Of a DNA stretch of 64,000 bases, positions 48,375 to 57,427 are shown piece after piece. The stretch is from a virus: the IMG/VR virus record IMGVR_UViG_3300021957_003133, positions 32,001-96,000 of that record. One strand, given 5' to 3'. A model generated the notes under the pieces. It made no database searches. It had not been told where the DNA came from and saw only the letters and a program-made list of their open reading frames with translations. Made by a program: the position numbers and the translations under genes. Numbering within the stretch: the stretch's first letter is position 1; the number at the start of each line of letters is the position of its first letter.

Positions 48375-48439
48375 CGCTTTCTCCTAGTCTAATAAGCGGC
48401 AGAGTATTTAAAGAGGGTTGACACTGATAAGTCCTCTGT
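48375..48439 (-). promoter_or_regulatory. Candidate riboswitch-like structured 5' leader of queD
   Basis: AGAGG-16-nt loop ending AAC-CCUCU, then an A/U-rich tail, at the predicted transcript 5' end. Confidence 0.45.
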
Positions 48440-48445
48440 AGTAAT

Positions 48446-48474
48446 ATTATATTGTCATTTGTGGCCGAAGTCAA
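48446..48474 (-). promoter_or_regulatory. Sigma70-type promoter for queD
   Basis: TTGACT-17 nt-TATAAT. Confidence 0.75.
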
Positions 48475-49034
48475 AATAAATTTTCAACTATCTGATTTTG
48501 TTTTTTCATCATACTAAAATAAAACTTTAATGTATTAAAAGCATCTTGATCTGCTCTGTGTTGCTCACCATCAAAAGGTATGCTAAACTTTGCCATTGCT
48601 TCTGACAATCCACCTTTAGGATCTGAATTACTACTGAACATCATAAAGTTAAAGATAGTTTTAAGATCAATGATACGACCACCTAGATGTTCAAATGCTA
48701 CATTACGTTCCTGGAACTCTTTGCGTAGTACTGAAACATCATCAAACCCCCATACCACACAGTTTAACCAAGGTCTATGTTCTTTTATTAAAGCTTCAAG
48801 TTCTTGTGCTATGTATTCGTGACTATAACTTTCAGTACGAATATCGTGATCAGTGATACCTGTTAATCTTGTTATGTAAGGGTCAATGGGTTCTTTTGGA
48901 TCTACATACCATTTGGTTGTTACATAGTTTTCAGGTTTTTGACAAGCATTGCCGATAGCAACACCTACTTGTATAATCTTATTGCTGGGTTGATTTAATT
49001 CTAAATCGATTGATATAAAGTTTTGTTTATTCAC
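48471..49034 (-). CDS. DEDDh 3'-5' exonuclease
   Basis: IDLE, LTGI, WG..D, IDLK, HRADQDA. Confidence 0.85.
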   Translation of the reverse strand: MNKQNFISIDLELNQPSNKIIQVGVAIGNACQKPENYVTTKWYVDPKEPIDPYITRLTGITDHDIRTESYSHEYIAQELEALIKEHRPWLNCVVWGFDDVSVLRKEFQERNVAFEHLGGRIIDLKTIFNFMMFSSNSDPKGGLSEAMAKFSIPFDGEQHRADQDAFNTLKFYFSMMKKQNQIVENLF

Positions 49035-50032
49035 ACCATTTCTAAATCTGGATAACTAGCACTCATCCAGTGAGCCATAGCGGCCGCATTATCTCCCAAT
49101 TTAACTAAATTATATTTTCCACAGAATTTAAGAAACTGTGCTCCAATCATTTGTTTTTGCTTGACATTCATCCCTACAGCTATAGTTTCGGCTATCTGTA
49201 CTTTAACATCTTCAGGCTGTGCTGTAAGATCTACTAGAGTGCAATTACGGTTGTAGTCATCTAGCACACGGTGTTCAACTTCGTTATGATCTACCCATCG
49301 CTGTAACATTAAGTTGTTCCAATTAAACCCTTTTTTCTTCTTATCTGCAAATGCTTCTAATAGTCCAACTTTATTTTTACTTCCTTTCTCTCTAACACCT
49401 GGATAAGCTGAAAACACATTATCACTTGAGTCTCCTCTCATACATTTTTTAAACAAGAGATACTCTGGATCTGGTACTACCTTGGGCTCTTTAGTTTTCT
49501 TATCTATCACACGCTCACCTTTTTTATTAAAAATACCTTCAATGGTGTGTAGTTCATCTGATATACCGTTGTACTGTTTAACATTGCCTGCCAGTAACTG
49601 ATAAAAGTCAGAGTCTGAACTTACAATAACGTGTTCATCCTTAGGATGACTCTGTATCCATCCTGCTATCAAATCATCAGCTTCTAGATTAGGATGTTGT
49701 AAAGTAGTACAATTAGTTTTTTCTCTAATAAACTCGTTTATATTATCAAAGGCTTCCCAAAACAGTTTATCTTCTTCAGCTTCTGTTTCTGTTAGTGCTT
49801 GTCTAGCCACTGATCTATTCTTTTTGTAAGGCTCATAAAAGTCTTTACGCCATGAGCGGCCTTCTAAACAAAATATAACATGATTGGCCTGTTGATCTCT
49901 CCAAGCTTTGTTTATGCTAGCTAGTGTAACATGCATCGCAAAGGCTACTTTTTCTTCTGGACTAGCGGCTCTATAGGCAGAGTGTCTAGCTCTAAAGAAT
50001 GTGTTTGCAGTGTCTATTAATAAATATTTCAA
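49031..50032 (-). CDS. rnh: T4 RNase H-like 5'-3' exonuclease (FEN family)
   Basis: LIDTAN, WRKDFY.PYK.NR, EADD, SSDSDFYQL, GDSSDN. Confidence 0.85.
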   Translation of the reverse strand: MKYLLIDTANTFFRARHSAYRAASPEEKVAFAMHVTLASINKAWRDQQANHVIFCLEGRSWRKDFYEPYKKNRSVARQALTETEAEEDKLFWEAFDNINEFIREKTNCTTLQHPNLEADDLIAGWIQSHPKDEHVIVSSDSDFYQLLAGNVKQYNGISDELHTIEGIFNKKGERVIDKKTKEPKVVPDPEYLLFKKCMRGDSSDNVFSAYPGVREKGSKNKVGLLEAFADKKKKGFNWNNLMLQRWVDHNEVEHRVLDDYNRNCTLVDLTAQPEDVKVQIAETIAVGMNVKQKQMIGAQFLKFCGKYNLVKLGDNAAAMAHWMSASYPDLEMV

Positions 50033-50397
50033 CTAATCTCCGATCTACCATTGCCAAGATCACGTTTGTTTGTCTGTGCTTGACGTATTTCTGGATCTGC
50101 TTGCTCTTGTTCAAAATTCTCCATTACTACATTACGACATACTGATTGGAACCAGTTGTCGACAATGTCGTTGTCAGTTTTACCTTGATACCCAGCTTTC
50201 ATTAATCTAGCTACAAAGATATCGTTCCAGTCTAGTTCAAATGCTCCGTCACTAGGATTATCTGGGTCAATTTCCATACTAAGAACAGTAATATAAGGCT
50301 CTTTATTTTTGTCTGCTAGTTCCTTATCTGACAGTTTCTTTTTATTTTTCTTAGGCTCTTCTTTCTTACCTATTAGTTTCTTAAGTTTATCTAACAT
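50029..50397 (-). CDS. Hypothetical phage protein
   Basis: 122-aa coupled ORF; ELDWN...IVDNWF. Confidence 0.7.
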   Translation of the reverse strand: MLDKLKKLIGKKEEPKKNKKKLSDKELADKNKEPYITVLSMEIDPDNPSDGAFELDWNDIFVARLMKAGYQGKTDNDIVDNWFQSVCRNVVMENFEQEQADPEIRQAQTNKRDLGNGRSEIS

Positions 50398-50398
50398 A

Positions 50399-51481
50399 TT
50401 ATTCCCATCCTATTTTCTCCCAGGGTACGTTTTTATTACCAAAGTGTCCGTAAACACAGTTCTCACTATAGTTATTATACTTGAATAAATCAAATCTGTC
50501 AATGATTCCTAACGGTGTTAAATCAACATTGGATCTAATAAACTTTTCTATAGAACGATTATGCCCATTTGATTCTATGTATATTGATGTAGGTTCTTTA
50601 ACACCAATAGCATAACTTAACTGTATTTGACACCAGTCAGCCATTTCACTAGCTACTACATTTTTTGCTAGCCAACGAGACATATAAGCCGCCGAACGAT
50701 CTACTTTAGTTGGATCCTTACCGCTAAATGCGCCTCCACCGTGTGGTGCCCAACCTCCATAAGTATCTACGATAATTTTTCTACCTGTTAATCCCGAATC
50801 TCCATCTGGACCACCTACTACAAAGTTACCAGTAGGATTGAGATGCCATACAGTATCATCATCTACCAGATGCCCTAACACTGATTGTGCAATCAGTTTT
50901 GTTTCTTTTCTAGCCTCTTCACAATCGCCTTCAGTGTGTTGAGTGCTTATTACCACTTGGTCGATACGCTGTATTTGATCACCTCTATATTCAACACTGA
51001 CTTGACTTTTAGCATCTGGCAAGAATATATCATTGTTTTGTCTTGCTTGCTTTAGTCGTTTAAGTATCTCATGGCTGTAATAGATAGGTGCAGGCAAGTA
51101 TGCTTCATTATCTCTATTAGCATATCCAAACATAATACCTTGATCACCTGCCCCAAAATCGTCTGTACCTAAGGCAATGTCAGCTGATTGGCTATGTATA
51201 TGATTGTCTATTTCTAATGTATTCCAATGGAATCCTTCTTGTTCATAACCAATCTTTTTTACTGTATCTCTAACTATTTGATTAACATCAACAACATTAA
51301 AGTTTTTAACTTCACCAGCTAGTGTTACGTGATTTGTTGCTACTAATGTTTCAATCGCTACTCTTGTTGTGCGATCACCTTCTGTTAACCCAGCATCTAC
51401 TAAGGCATCGGATATCTGATCTGCTACTTTATCTGGATGTCCGTCTGATACTGATTCACTTGTAAATATATATTTGTCCAA
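50399..51481 (-). CDS. metK: S-adenosylmethionine synthetase
   Basis: FTSESVSDGHPDK, GAGDQG, PDAKSQV, GLTGRKIIVDTYGG, GGGAFSGKDPTKVDRS. Confidence 0.97.
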   Translation of the reverse strand: MDKYIFTSESVSDGHPDKVADQISDALVDAGLTEGDRTTRVAIETLVATNHVTLAGEVKNFNVVDVNQIVRDTVKKIGYEQEGFHWNTLEIDNHIHSQSADIALGTDDFGAGDQGIMFGYANRDNEAYLPAPIYYSHEILKRLKQARQNNDIFLPDAKSQVSVEYRGDQIQRIDQVVISTQHTEGDCEEARKETKLIAQSVLGHLVDDDTVWHLNPTGNFVVGGPDGDSGLTGRKIIVDTYGGWAPHGGGAFSGKDPTKVDRSAAYMSRWLAKNVVASEMADWCQIQLSYAIGVKEPTSIYIESNGHNRSIEKFIRSNVDLTPLGIIDRFDLFKYNNYSENCVYGHFGNKNVPWEKIGWE

Positions 51482-52345
51482 TTATTTTCCCCAACTGTTT
51501 CCCCAAAGATCAACGTGTAATCTTGGGCTATAATTGTAGCCACGTTTCATACACTCGTCTGCTACATTAAATTTATTATTTTCATATACTGATACAACAC
51601 CACCTACAGGCATAATATATACTACACCTTTAAGTCCGGCTTCTCTATATGCTTTGACAGCACGATCAACTTCGTCAAAGTCCTTAGGATTTTCAACTAC
51701 AAACTTGAGATAGGTTGTGCCATACTGCTCATAGTCAGCAACAATCTCAGGCTTAACAGCATCTTCCCACTTCTCGCCACTAGCACTTAACTTAGCACTA
51801 ACTGAAAATGTTATATCGCTGTGATAACTATCACCTCGTGCCTTACTCCAAGATTTCATATACTCACCAAACTCTGGATGTATCTTTTGTGTGCCGTTAG
51901 TTTCAAATGTTATATTAATCAAATCTTTCATCTTGTCATTTTCTAATAACTCAGGAAAAGCACGTTGCCAGCCTAGTAAAGGTTCGCCGCCTGTAATTAC
52001 TAAGTGTACATCATTACCGTTAGATTGTACCCATTTATTGTTTGGTGTTAGTTGTGTTAATCTATCTGCTACTGCTTCTGTCTGTAACATAGGTGACAAA
52101 TGTTTGAATCTTGGATCCCATGATGCATAACTATCGCACCCTGTATCTACTAAAGGTAATCCTTCGTATTGATTAAATAGTTCTACTTTAACTTCGTCAC
52201 GCTCTGTTGACAGTTCGCCTCTATTCATACCAAAGCCGCCACATGTGAAGTTACAACCAAATGTACGCAAGAATATACTAGGAACGCCTACAAAACGTCC
52301 TTCGCCTTGTGCTGAATAAAATATTTCACTAATTTTAAGTTTCAT
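51482..52345 (-). CDS. queE: 7-carboxy-7-deazaguanine synthase (radical SAM)
   Basis: EIFYSAQGEG...FLRTFGCNFTC...CDS, TGGEP, ETNGT, PRLH. Confidence 0.88.
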   Translation of the reverse strand: MKLKISEIFYSAQGEGRFVGVPSIFLRTFGCNFTCGGFGMNRGELSTERDEVKVELFNQYEGLPLVDTGCDSYASWDPRFKHLSPMLQTEAVADRLTQLTPNNKWVQSNGNDVHLVITGGEPLLGWQRAFPELLENDKMKDLINITFETNGTQKIHPEFGEYMKSWSKARGDSYHSDITFSVSAKLSASGEKWEDAVKPEIVADYEQYGTTYLKFVVENPKDFDEVDRAVKAYREAGLKGVVYIMPVGGVVSVYENNKFNVADECMKRGYNYSPRLHVDLWGNSWGK

Positions 52346-52367
52346 TTACGCCTTTCGTTAATAGTTT

Positions 52368-52396
52368 ATTATACACTTATTTAGGTCGTATGTCAA
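52368..52396 (-). promoter_or_regulatory. Sigma70-type promoter for queE-metK with an embedded TAAATA
   Basis: TTGACA-tacgaccTAAATAagtg-TATAAT (17-nt spacer). Confidence 0.75.
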
Positions 52397-52854
52397 TGTT
52401 CCCATGGAAAAACTATCCATTCATCTTTTTCTGATTTGTCTATTTCAGTAGCACAATAGTCTACTTCCTGACAGAAACCACTGGACAAGTTGTCAAATAA
52501 TACAGCAAACTTAACATTATGTTGCGGAGTTTGATTTAACTTCCAATCATTGACGATCCAGTTAAGTGTTGCTCCAGTATCATTAATGTCATCTAACACT
52601 AATATTTTTTTGCCTTCACGTGCATCATCTTGCATCCATAGATTATCATCTGTGTCTATGTGATCTCTAAGACTAACCTTTAGTGCGTGCATCGGTATAT
52701 CCAATCTATGACTCATATATACTGCTGGCATTAATCCTCCGCGAGTCAACCCAACTATATAATCGGGTCTAAAGTTATCTTTATACATTTCAAAGCTCAC
52801 TCGATTGACATAGTCATCAATAGTGGGCCATCCTACGTAACGTTTATTATCCAC
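52393..52854 (-). CDS. Type I phosphoribosyltransferase (Gpt-like)
   Basis: GLTRGG, VLDDINDTGAT PRPP loop, WIVFPWE. Confidence 0.85.
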   Translation of the reverse strand: MDNKRYVGWPTIDDYVNRVSFEMYKDNFRPDYIVGLTRGGLMPAVYMSHRLDIPMHALKVSLRDHIDTDDNLWMQDDAREGKKILVLDDINDTGATLNWIVNDWKLNQTPQHNVKFAVLFDNLSSGFCQEVDYCATEIDKSEKDEWIVFPWEH

Positions 52855-53173
52855 GGTATGCCCTTATGTTTGATATTTTACCATCAACAAATGTAATTAC
52901 ATCAACCACTAACAGTGTATCTGTGTCGTCTATTAAAACACTGAGTTCAGCAGTTATAGTATCCATTTCTTGGTATATTGCCAATGGAGTTACTTCGATA
53001 GTTTCTACTGCATCAAATATTGTTTGATTGGCCGCTAGTACATCTGTACGACCTTCTGCACTTGTTTCCCAATCACGTAAGACAACATCGTCTGTAAACA
53101 TTGCATCAAGCCCATTGATATCTTTACTACTGAATGTAGTAAAATACTGTGTTGCTAACTCTTTTAATTCCAT
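52847..53173 (-). CDS. SnoaL/NTF2-like protein
   Basis: YF..F..KD...L..MFTDDVVLRDW; DVITF..GKI..IRAY. Confidence 0.7.
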   Translation of the reverse strand: MELKELATQYFTTFSSKDINGLDAMFTDDVVLRDWETSAEGRTDVLAANQTIFDAVETIEVTPLAIYQEMDTITAELSVLIDDTDTLLVVDVITFVDGKISNIRAYRG

Positions 53174-53174
53174 A

Positions 53175-56100
53175 TTAAAAACTCCATTGTAAAGAAACTC
53201 CGACGATGTTATTAGTTTCGCCTTCTTGATTTAAGTAATTCAATTGATGTTCCCCATAAGTTACTAGTTCTAAATCACTATCATCACTTTTAAATTTATA
53301 ATACATACCTACATTATATGCATTTACATCTGGTGACATATCAACTGAACTTCTATCATATGCTATGCTACCATCTCTATAGTACCCAACTGGTACACTA
53401 ACATCAACAGTACCTTCGTGTATAGTAACGGGCTGACTAAATGTAGTACCAATACTGTGTTCATCCACAGTGTAGTCTAATCCTACATTCCAGCTGTATG
53501 ATTGTGTGTCACTGACGTCAGTTACTAGTCCTGTTTTATTCATACCACTTTGTGTGTATCCATACCACACACCCCCAAACATGCTTAGTCTCTTATTTAA
53601 CTTCTGGGTACCAGTTATGTTAGTGTATGTGGTATAACTGTCTTCCATTTCACCTAAGGCACCATTAATTTCGTTACCCATCCAAGCTTGATCTTCGTTT
53701 AGCATACCAAAACCAACTCTTACTGATAAATCATTGGTATACTTTGTGGTGTGCCCAAATTCAAAGTTACCGACACCAGTGTCTTGATTCATTTTCATAG
53801 TCATATCAATAAATGATGTACCATCTTGATCTGTTGCTAAACTAACCTTGCTACTTGAAGTATAATAATTTAGATTATCATATGGATTATGGTCTGTAAA
53901 GAACTGGCCTTTGCTTATTGGATTAAATGGTGTAGCTTTCTTTTTCTTAGTGTTACTTCCGTAACTCATGTCAACATAATAATCACGACCAAACTCATCA
54001 GTAACCATAACACTGCTTAACGCACCTACATCTGATAATCCGTCTGAACCACTTGCTAAAAATGATCCACTTATAGGAATAGTTTTTCCATATCTACCAT
54101 CTACAGGAATACCAACAACACCATATGGTCTGGTAGCCGCTTCTAAATCTAGCAGTCCAGCACCCATTATGTCCTTATCATACCCTGGTAAATCTTTATT
54201 AGCAGTAGCAGTTAATAATTTAACGATATTACTACCGGTCATTAACGGCCATTGTTGATGTATAATAGCAACAGCACCCGAAACAACTGCGGCCGCTTCT
54301 GATGTTCCTGTACCTATTACATACCCATCTCCACTGGTATGTCCTGGACTGTACATGTTGCCTGGTGCTAGTATATAAAAATCACTCATTCTATATGTGT
54401 CATTACAATTACCATCACTGGTAACATTGAACCCTTGGCATATATGTCCGGCCTTGTTACTGTAACTAGCAACAGTACCTGCGTCAATATCATATGCACC
54501 AACTACTAGCATTTGTCCGTTCATATACAGTGAACCGTCTTCTCGGGTAGCATAGGCCATTGGAGCTGGATTTTCAGGAAATGCTAGCCCCGAGTTACCA
54601 GCCGAGACAACAACAACCATTTCACTATTGCCTAAAGCTGAAGACCATCTTTTAGGATCCTCGTTATTATAAAATCCTGTGCTTCTTCTTCCGGTATGGT
54701 AATATTCTATGTATTTAGGATCACTGTTGCTCCAACTTCCATCTTTTAGTTGTACCCACTTACTTTGATAGTTATTAGAGTATCCTGCGTTGGCACTTAT
54801 ATTTGCTACAGTAGCATCTATACTAGCACCCCAAGCAATAGCATCTCTGGCTTGACTGAATCCGATCCTACTACTATTAGTTACTTTGGCTATAGCTAGA
54901 TCAGCGTCAGGGGCAACACCAACCATGCCAACACCATCTCTACTTGCTCCTGCGATACCAGCCATTTTAGTACCATGGCCGACATTGTCGATGATGTCCG
55001 TTTCCCCTCTAAGGAAGTTCTTTTTATCTGTTATCCTTCCTTTGAATTCATTATGTTCTTCATTGATACCACTGTCAATGATAAGAATTTTACTGCCCTT
55101 ACCTGTATACCCTCTATCCCAAGCGGATTGAGCTTTAATTGCACTTAAAAAGTTGTCATTTGTTTTACCAGGAGCAAGATCATCAGCAATATATTCTCGT
55201 TCAAAATCTGTCCTAGTATCTACAACCTCTTCTTCAACAGGCTCTTCTACTGTAGTTTCTTCTTCAACAAGCTCTTCTGTATCACCGTATACTGAAGCTA
55301 ATAATCGAGCCTCCTCAGCTAACCTTGCATCTTCTTCTGCTTTTAATTCGGCTTCTCTGGCCGCTTTAGCATCTGCAACTTCTTTGGCCGCAATTTCTTC
55401 TGCTGTACGTACAGATTCTAATTCATCAGCAATACGTTTAGCCTCGGCTTCATCAGCAATACGTTTAGCTTCTAATTCATCAGCTATTCTTTTAGCTTCA
55501 GCGGCATCGGCTATTCTTTTTGCTTCTAGTTCGTCAGCAATACGTTTAGCTTCTAATCTATCGGATTCTTCTTTAGCGATTCGAATTGCTTCGGCTTCGT
55601 CAGCTAGTCTTTTAGCTTCGGCTTCGTCAGCTAGTCTTTTAGCTTCTAATTCATCAGCTAGTCTTTTAGCTTCAACGGCATCAGCTAACCTTTTTGCTTC
55701 TAATTCATCAGCTATTCTTTTTGCTTCTTCTGCTAATCTAGCAACTTCTGCCAACCTTGCTATTTCTGCAAGTGCTAGTTCATCAGCTATTCTTTTAGCT
55801 TCAGCTTCTTCTGCTAATCTTTTAGCTTCGGCTTCTAACCTGGCAACTTCAGCTAATCTAGCCTCTTCAGCTATTCTTGCAAGCTCAGCTAATCTAGCCA
55901 CTTCTGCTAAACGTGCTTCTTCAGCTACCCTTGCGATTTCAGCTAATCTAGCAACTTCAGCTAATCTAGCAATTTCATCTAAACGAGCAACCTCGGCCAA
56001 TCTAGCAACCTCTGCTAACCGTGCTTCTTCAGCTAATCTGGCTTCTTCAGCTACCCTTGCAACTTCTGCTAACCGTGCTTCTTCAGCTACCCTTGCGATT

Positions 56101-56522
56101 TCAGCTAATCTAGCAACTTCTGCTAAACGTGTTTCCTCAGCTTTCAATCGGGCAATTTCAGCTAATCTGGCTTCTTCTGCTAATCTAGCAACTTCGGCTT
56201 TTTCTAGTTCTTGTGCTATTTTTTCTGCTTTGGCTATGTCAGCTAGACGTTTGGCTTCAATGGCTTCTGAAGAGCGTAATATGCCTGGACTACTATAAGG
56301 ATTGGGTATACCGTAGACTCTTTCAAGTTCTGCAGATTGATCATATTTAATTTGATCATCTTGTGCTTTTATTCTGGCTCGATACGCCTCTTTAGCGTCA
56401 ATGACTTCCTGTTTGGCTTTGGCTATACGTTCAGCTTTAGTTAAAGCCTCTGCCTGTGACGGAAAGCTAGTTACGATACCAGCGGCTACTAAAACTGCTA
56501 TTATCTGCTTGATTTTCATCAA
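53175..56522 (-). CDS. Secreted subtilisin-family (S8) protease with Ala/Glu-rich coiled-coil stalk and C-terminal beta-barrel (autotransporter-like)
   Basis: Signal peptide; IIDSG, HGTKMAG, SAGN, GTSEAA catalytic motifs; amphipathic beta C-terminus ending LQWSF. Confidence 0.85.
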   Translation of the reverse strand: MMKIKQIIAVLVAAGIVTSFPSQAEALTKAERIAKAKQEVIDAKEAYRARIKAQDDQIKYDQSAELERVYGIPNPYSSPGILRSSEAIEAKRLADIAKAEKIAQELEKAEVARLAEEARLAEIARLKAEETRLAEVARLAEIARVAEEARLAEVARVAEEARLAEEARLAEVARLAEVARLDEIARLAEVARLAEIARVAEEARLAEVARLAELARIAEEARLAEVARLEAEAKRLAEEAEAKRIADELALAEIARLAEVARLAEEAKRIADELEAKRLADAVEAKRLADELEAKRLADEAEAKRLADEAEAIRIAKEESDRLEAKRIADELEAKRIADAAEAKRIADELEAKRIADEAEAKRIADELESVRTAEEIAAKEVADAKAAREAELKAEEDARLAEEARLLASVYGDTEELVEEETTVEEPVEEEVVDTRTDFEREYIADDLAPGKTNDNFLSAIKAQSAWDRGYTGKGSKILIIDSGINEEHNEFKGRITDKKNFLRGETDIIDNVGHGTKMAGIAGASRDGVGMVGVAPDADLAIAKVTNSSRIGFSQARDAIAWGASIDATVANISANAGYSNNYQSKWVQLKDGSWSNSDPKYIEYYHTGRRSTGFYNNEDPKRWSSALGNSEMVVVVSAGNSGLAFPENPAPMAYATREDGSLYMNGQMLVVGAYDIDAGTVASYSNKAGHICQGFNVTSDGNCNDTYRMSDFYILAPGNMYSPGHTSGDGYVIGTGTSEAAAVVSGAVAIIHQQWPLMTGSNIVKLLTATANKDLPGYDKDIMGAGLLDLEAATRPYGVVGIPVDGRYGKTIPISGSFLASGSDGLSDVGALSSVMVTDEFGRDYYVDMSYGSNTKKKKATPFNPISKGQFFTDHNPYDNLNYYTSSSKVSLATDQDGTSFIDMTMKMNQDTGVGNFEFGHTTKYTNDLSVRVGFGMLNEDQAWMGNEINGALGEMEDSYTTYTNITGTQKLNKRLSMFGGVWYGYTQSGMNKTGLVTDVSDTQSYSWNVGLDYTVDEHSIGTTFSQPVTIHEGTVDVSVPVGYYRDGSIAYDRSSVDMSPDVNAYNVGMYYKFKSDDSDLELVTYGEHQLNYLNQEGETNNIVGVSLQWSF
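55300..56260 (-). repeat. Low-complexity coding repeats (ARLAE[V/I/E]; EAKR[I/L]ADEL)
   Basis: Many degenerate 6-7-aa units followed by 9-aa units. Confidence 0.9.
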
Positions 56523-56552
56523 ATACCCTTTGATTAATTAAGATACTAGTAT

Positions 56553-56581
56553 ATTATAACACCAAACTGTTATAAAATCAA
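56553..56581 (-). promoter_or_regulatory. Sigma70-type promoter for the S8 protease
   Basis: TTGATT-17 nt-TATAAT with extended -10 TG. Confidence 0.65.
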
Positions 56582-56586
56582 GTATT

Positions 56587-57321
56587 TTATCTAGGAGCAA
56601 ATTCTTGTTGTAGTTTAATATTATCCATAAACTCTTTCTTAGTAGCTGGATCGTCTTTGAATGCACCTTTGAGTACAGTAGTCTGTGTTAGACTTGAATG
56701 TGCCATAACACCTCTATTTTCAACACAACCGTGTGTTGCTTGTACATAAACACCTAGGTGTTCTGCACCTGTTGCTTTCTGTATCTCACGTACAATATCG
56801 TTTGCAAGTTCTTCTTGTAGTGTACCTCTGCTAGCACACCATTGTGCTATTCTTGTGTACTTTGATAAGCCAATAAGTTTATCACTAGCAATAATACCAA
56901 TGTACGCAGTACCTTTTACAGTCTGATGATGATGTGAACACATGCTTGTGAGTTCACTTCTGACTACCAACATACCCTCATAACGATCATCGCTATCATT
57001 AGGAAATGCAGTTGCGTCTGGCATAGGTTCATATCTACCTGACATTATTTCATTGATATACATTTTAGCTAAACGTTTAGCTGTACCTTTTGAGTTTGGA
57101 TCGTTGTGTCTATCAATCAATAATGAATCAAGTACACCTTCAAACTTGTTTGCGAGTTCATCTATTAGTATTTCTTTCTCACCATGATGAATGTGTTTTG
57201 AAATATTGTCACCTGCCCAATATCTGTCACCTGCTTTTTTAATTCTTTCTCTAATATCTTTACTGACTGGTTGAGTACGTTGCTCAAGCTCTGACCAATC
57301 TATTCTGTTTTCTACTGACAT
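56587..57321 (-). CDS. folE: GTP cyclohydrolase I
   Basis: SMCSHH, IGLSKYTR, LQEE, HGCVENRGV. Confidence 0.93.
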   Translation of the reverse strand: MSVENRIDWSELEQRTQPVSKDIRERIKKAGDRYWAGDNISKHIHHGEKEILIDELANKFEGVLDSLLIDRHNDPNSKGTAKRLAKMYINEIMSGRYEPMPDATAFPNDSDDRYEGMLVVRSELTSMCSHHHQTVKGTAYIGIIASDKLIGLSKYTRIAQWCASRGTLQEELANDIVREIQKATGAEHLGVYVQATHGCVENRGVMAHSSLTQTTVLKGAFKDDPATKKEFMDNIKLQQEFAPR

Positions 57322-57370
57322 GTTTCTTTCTCCGAGTTATTGACGACGAGGATGTCGTTGTTTATTATTA
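57322..57370 (-). promoter_or_regulatory. Candidate pseudoknot leader of folE
   Basis: ACGAC-AUCCUC-GUCGU hairpin; loop UCC is complementary to GGA of the SD. Confidence 0.35.
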
Positions 57371-57376
57371 CATACT

Positions 57377-57405
57377 ATTATATAGGCCTAGTATAGTAAA
57401 GTCAA
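57377..57405 (-). promoter_or_regulatory. Sigma70-type promoter for folE
   Basis: TTGACT-17 nt-TATAAT. Confidence 0.75.
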
Positions 57406-57427
57406 ATCTTTTTGGTAGTATTACTTA

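Noticed and set aside
55153-56298. 381-aa plus-strand Ser/Ala-rich ORF
   Set aside because: Antisense shadow of the Ala/Glu/Arg repeats of the S8 protease; no RBS or promoter.
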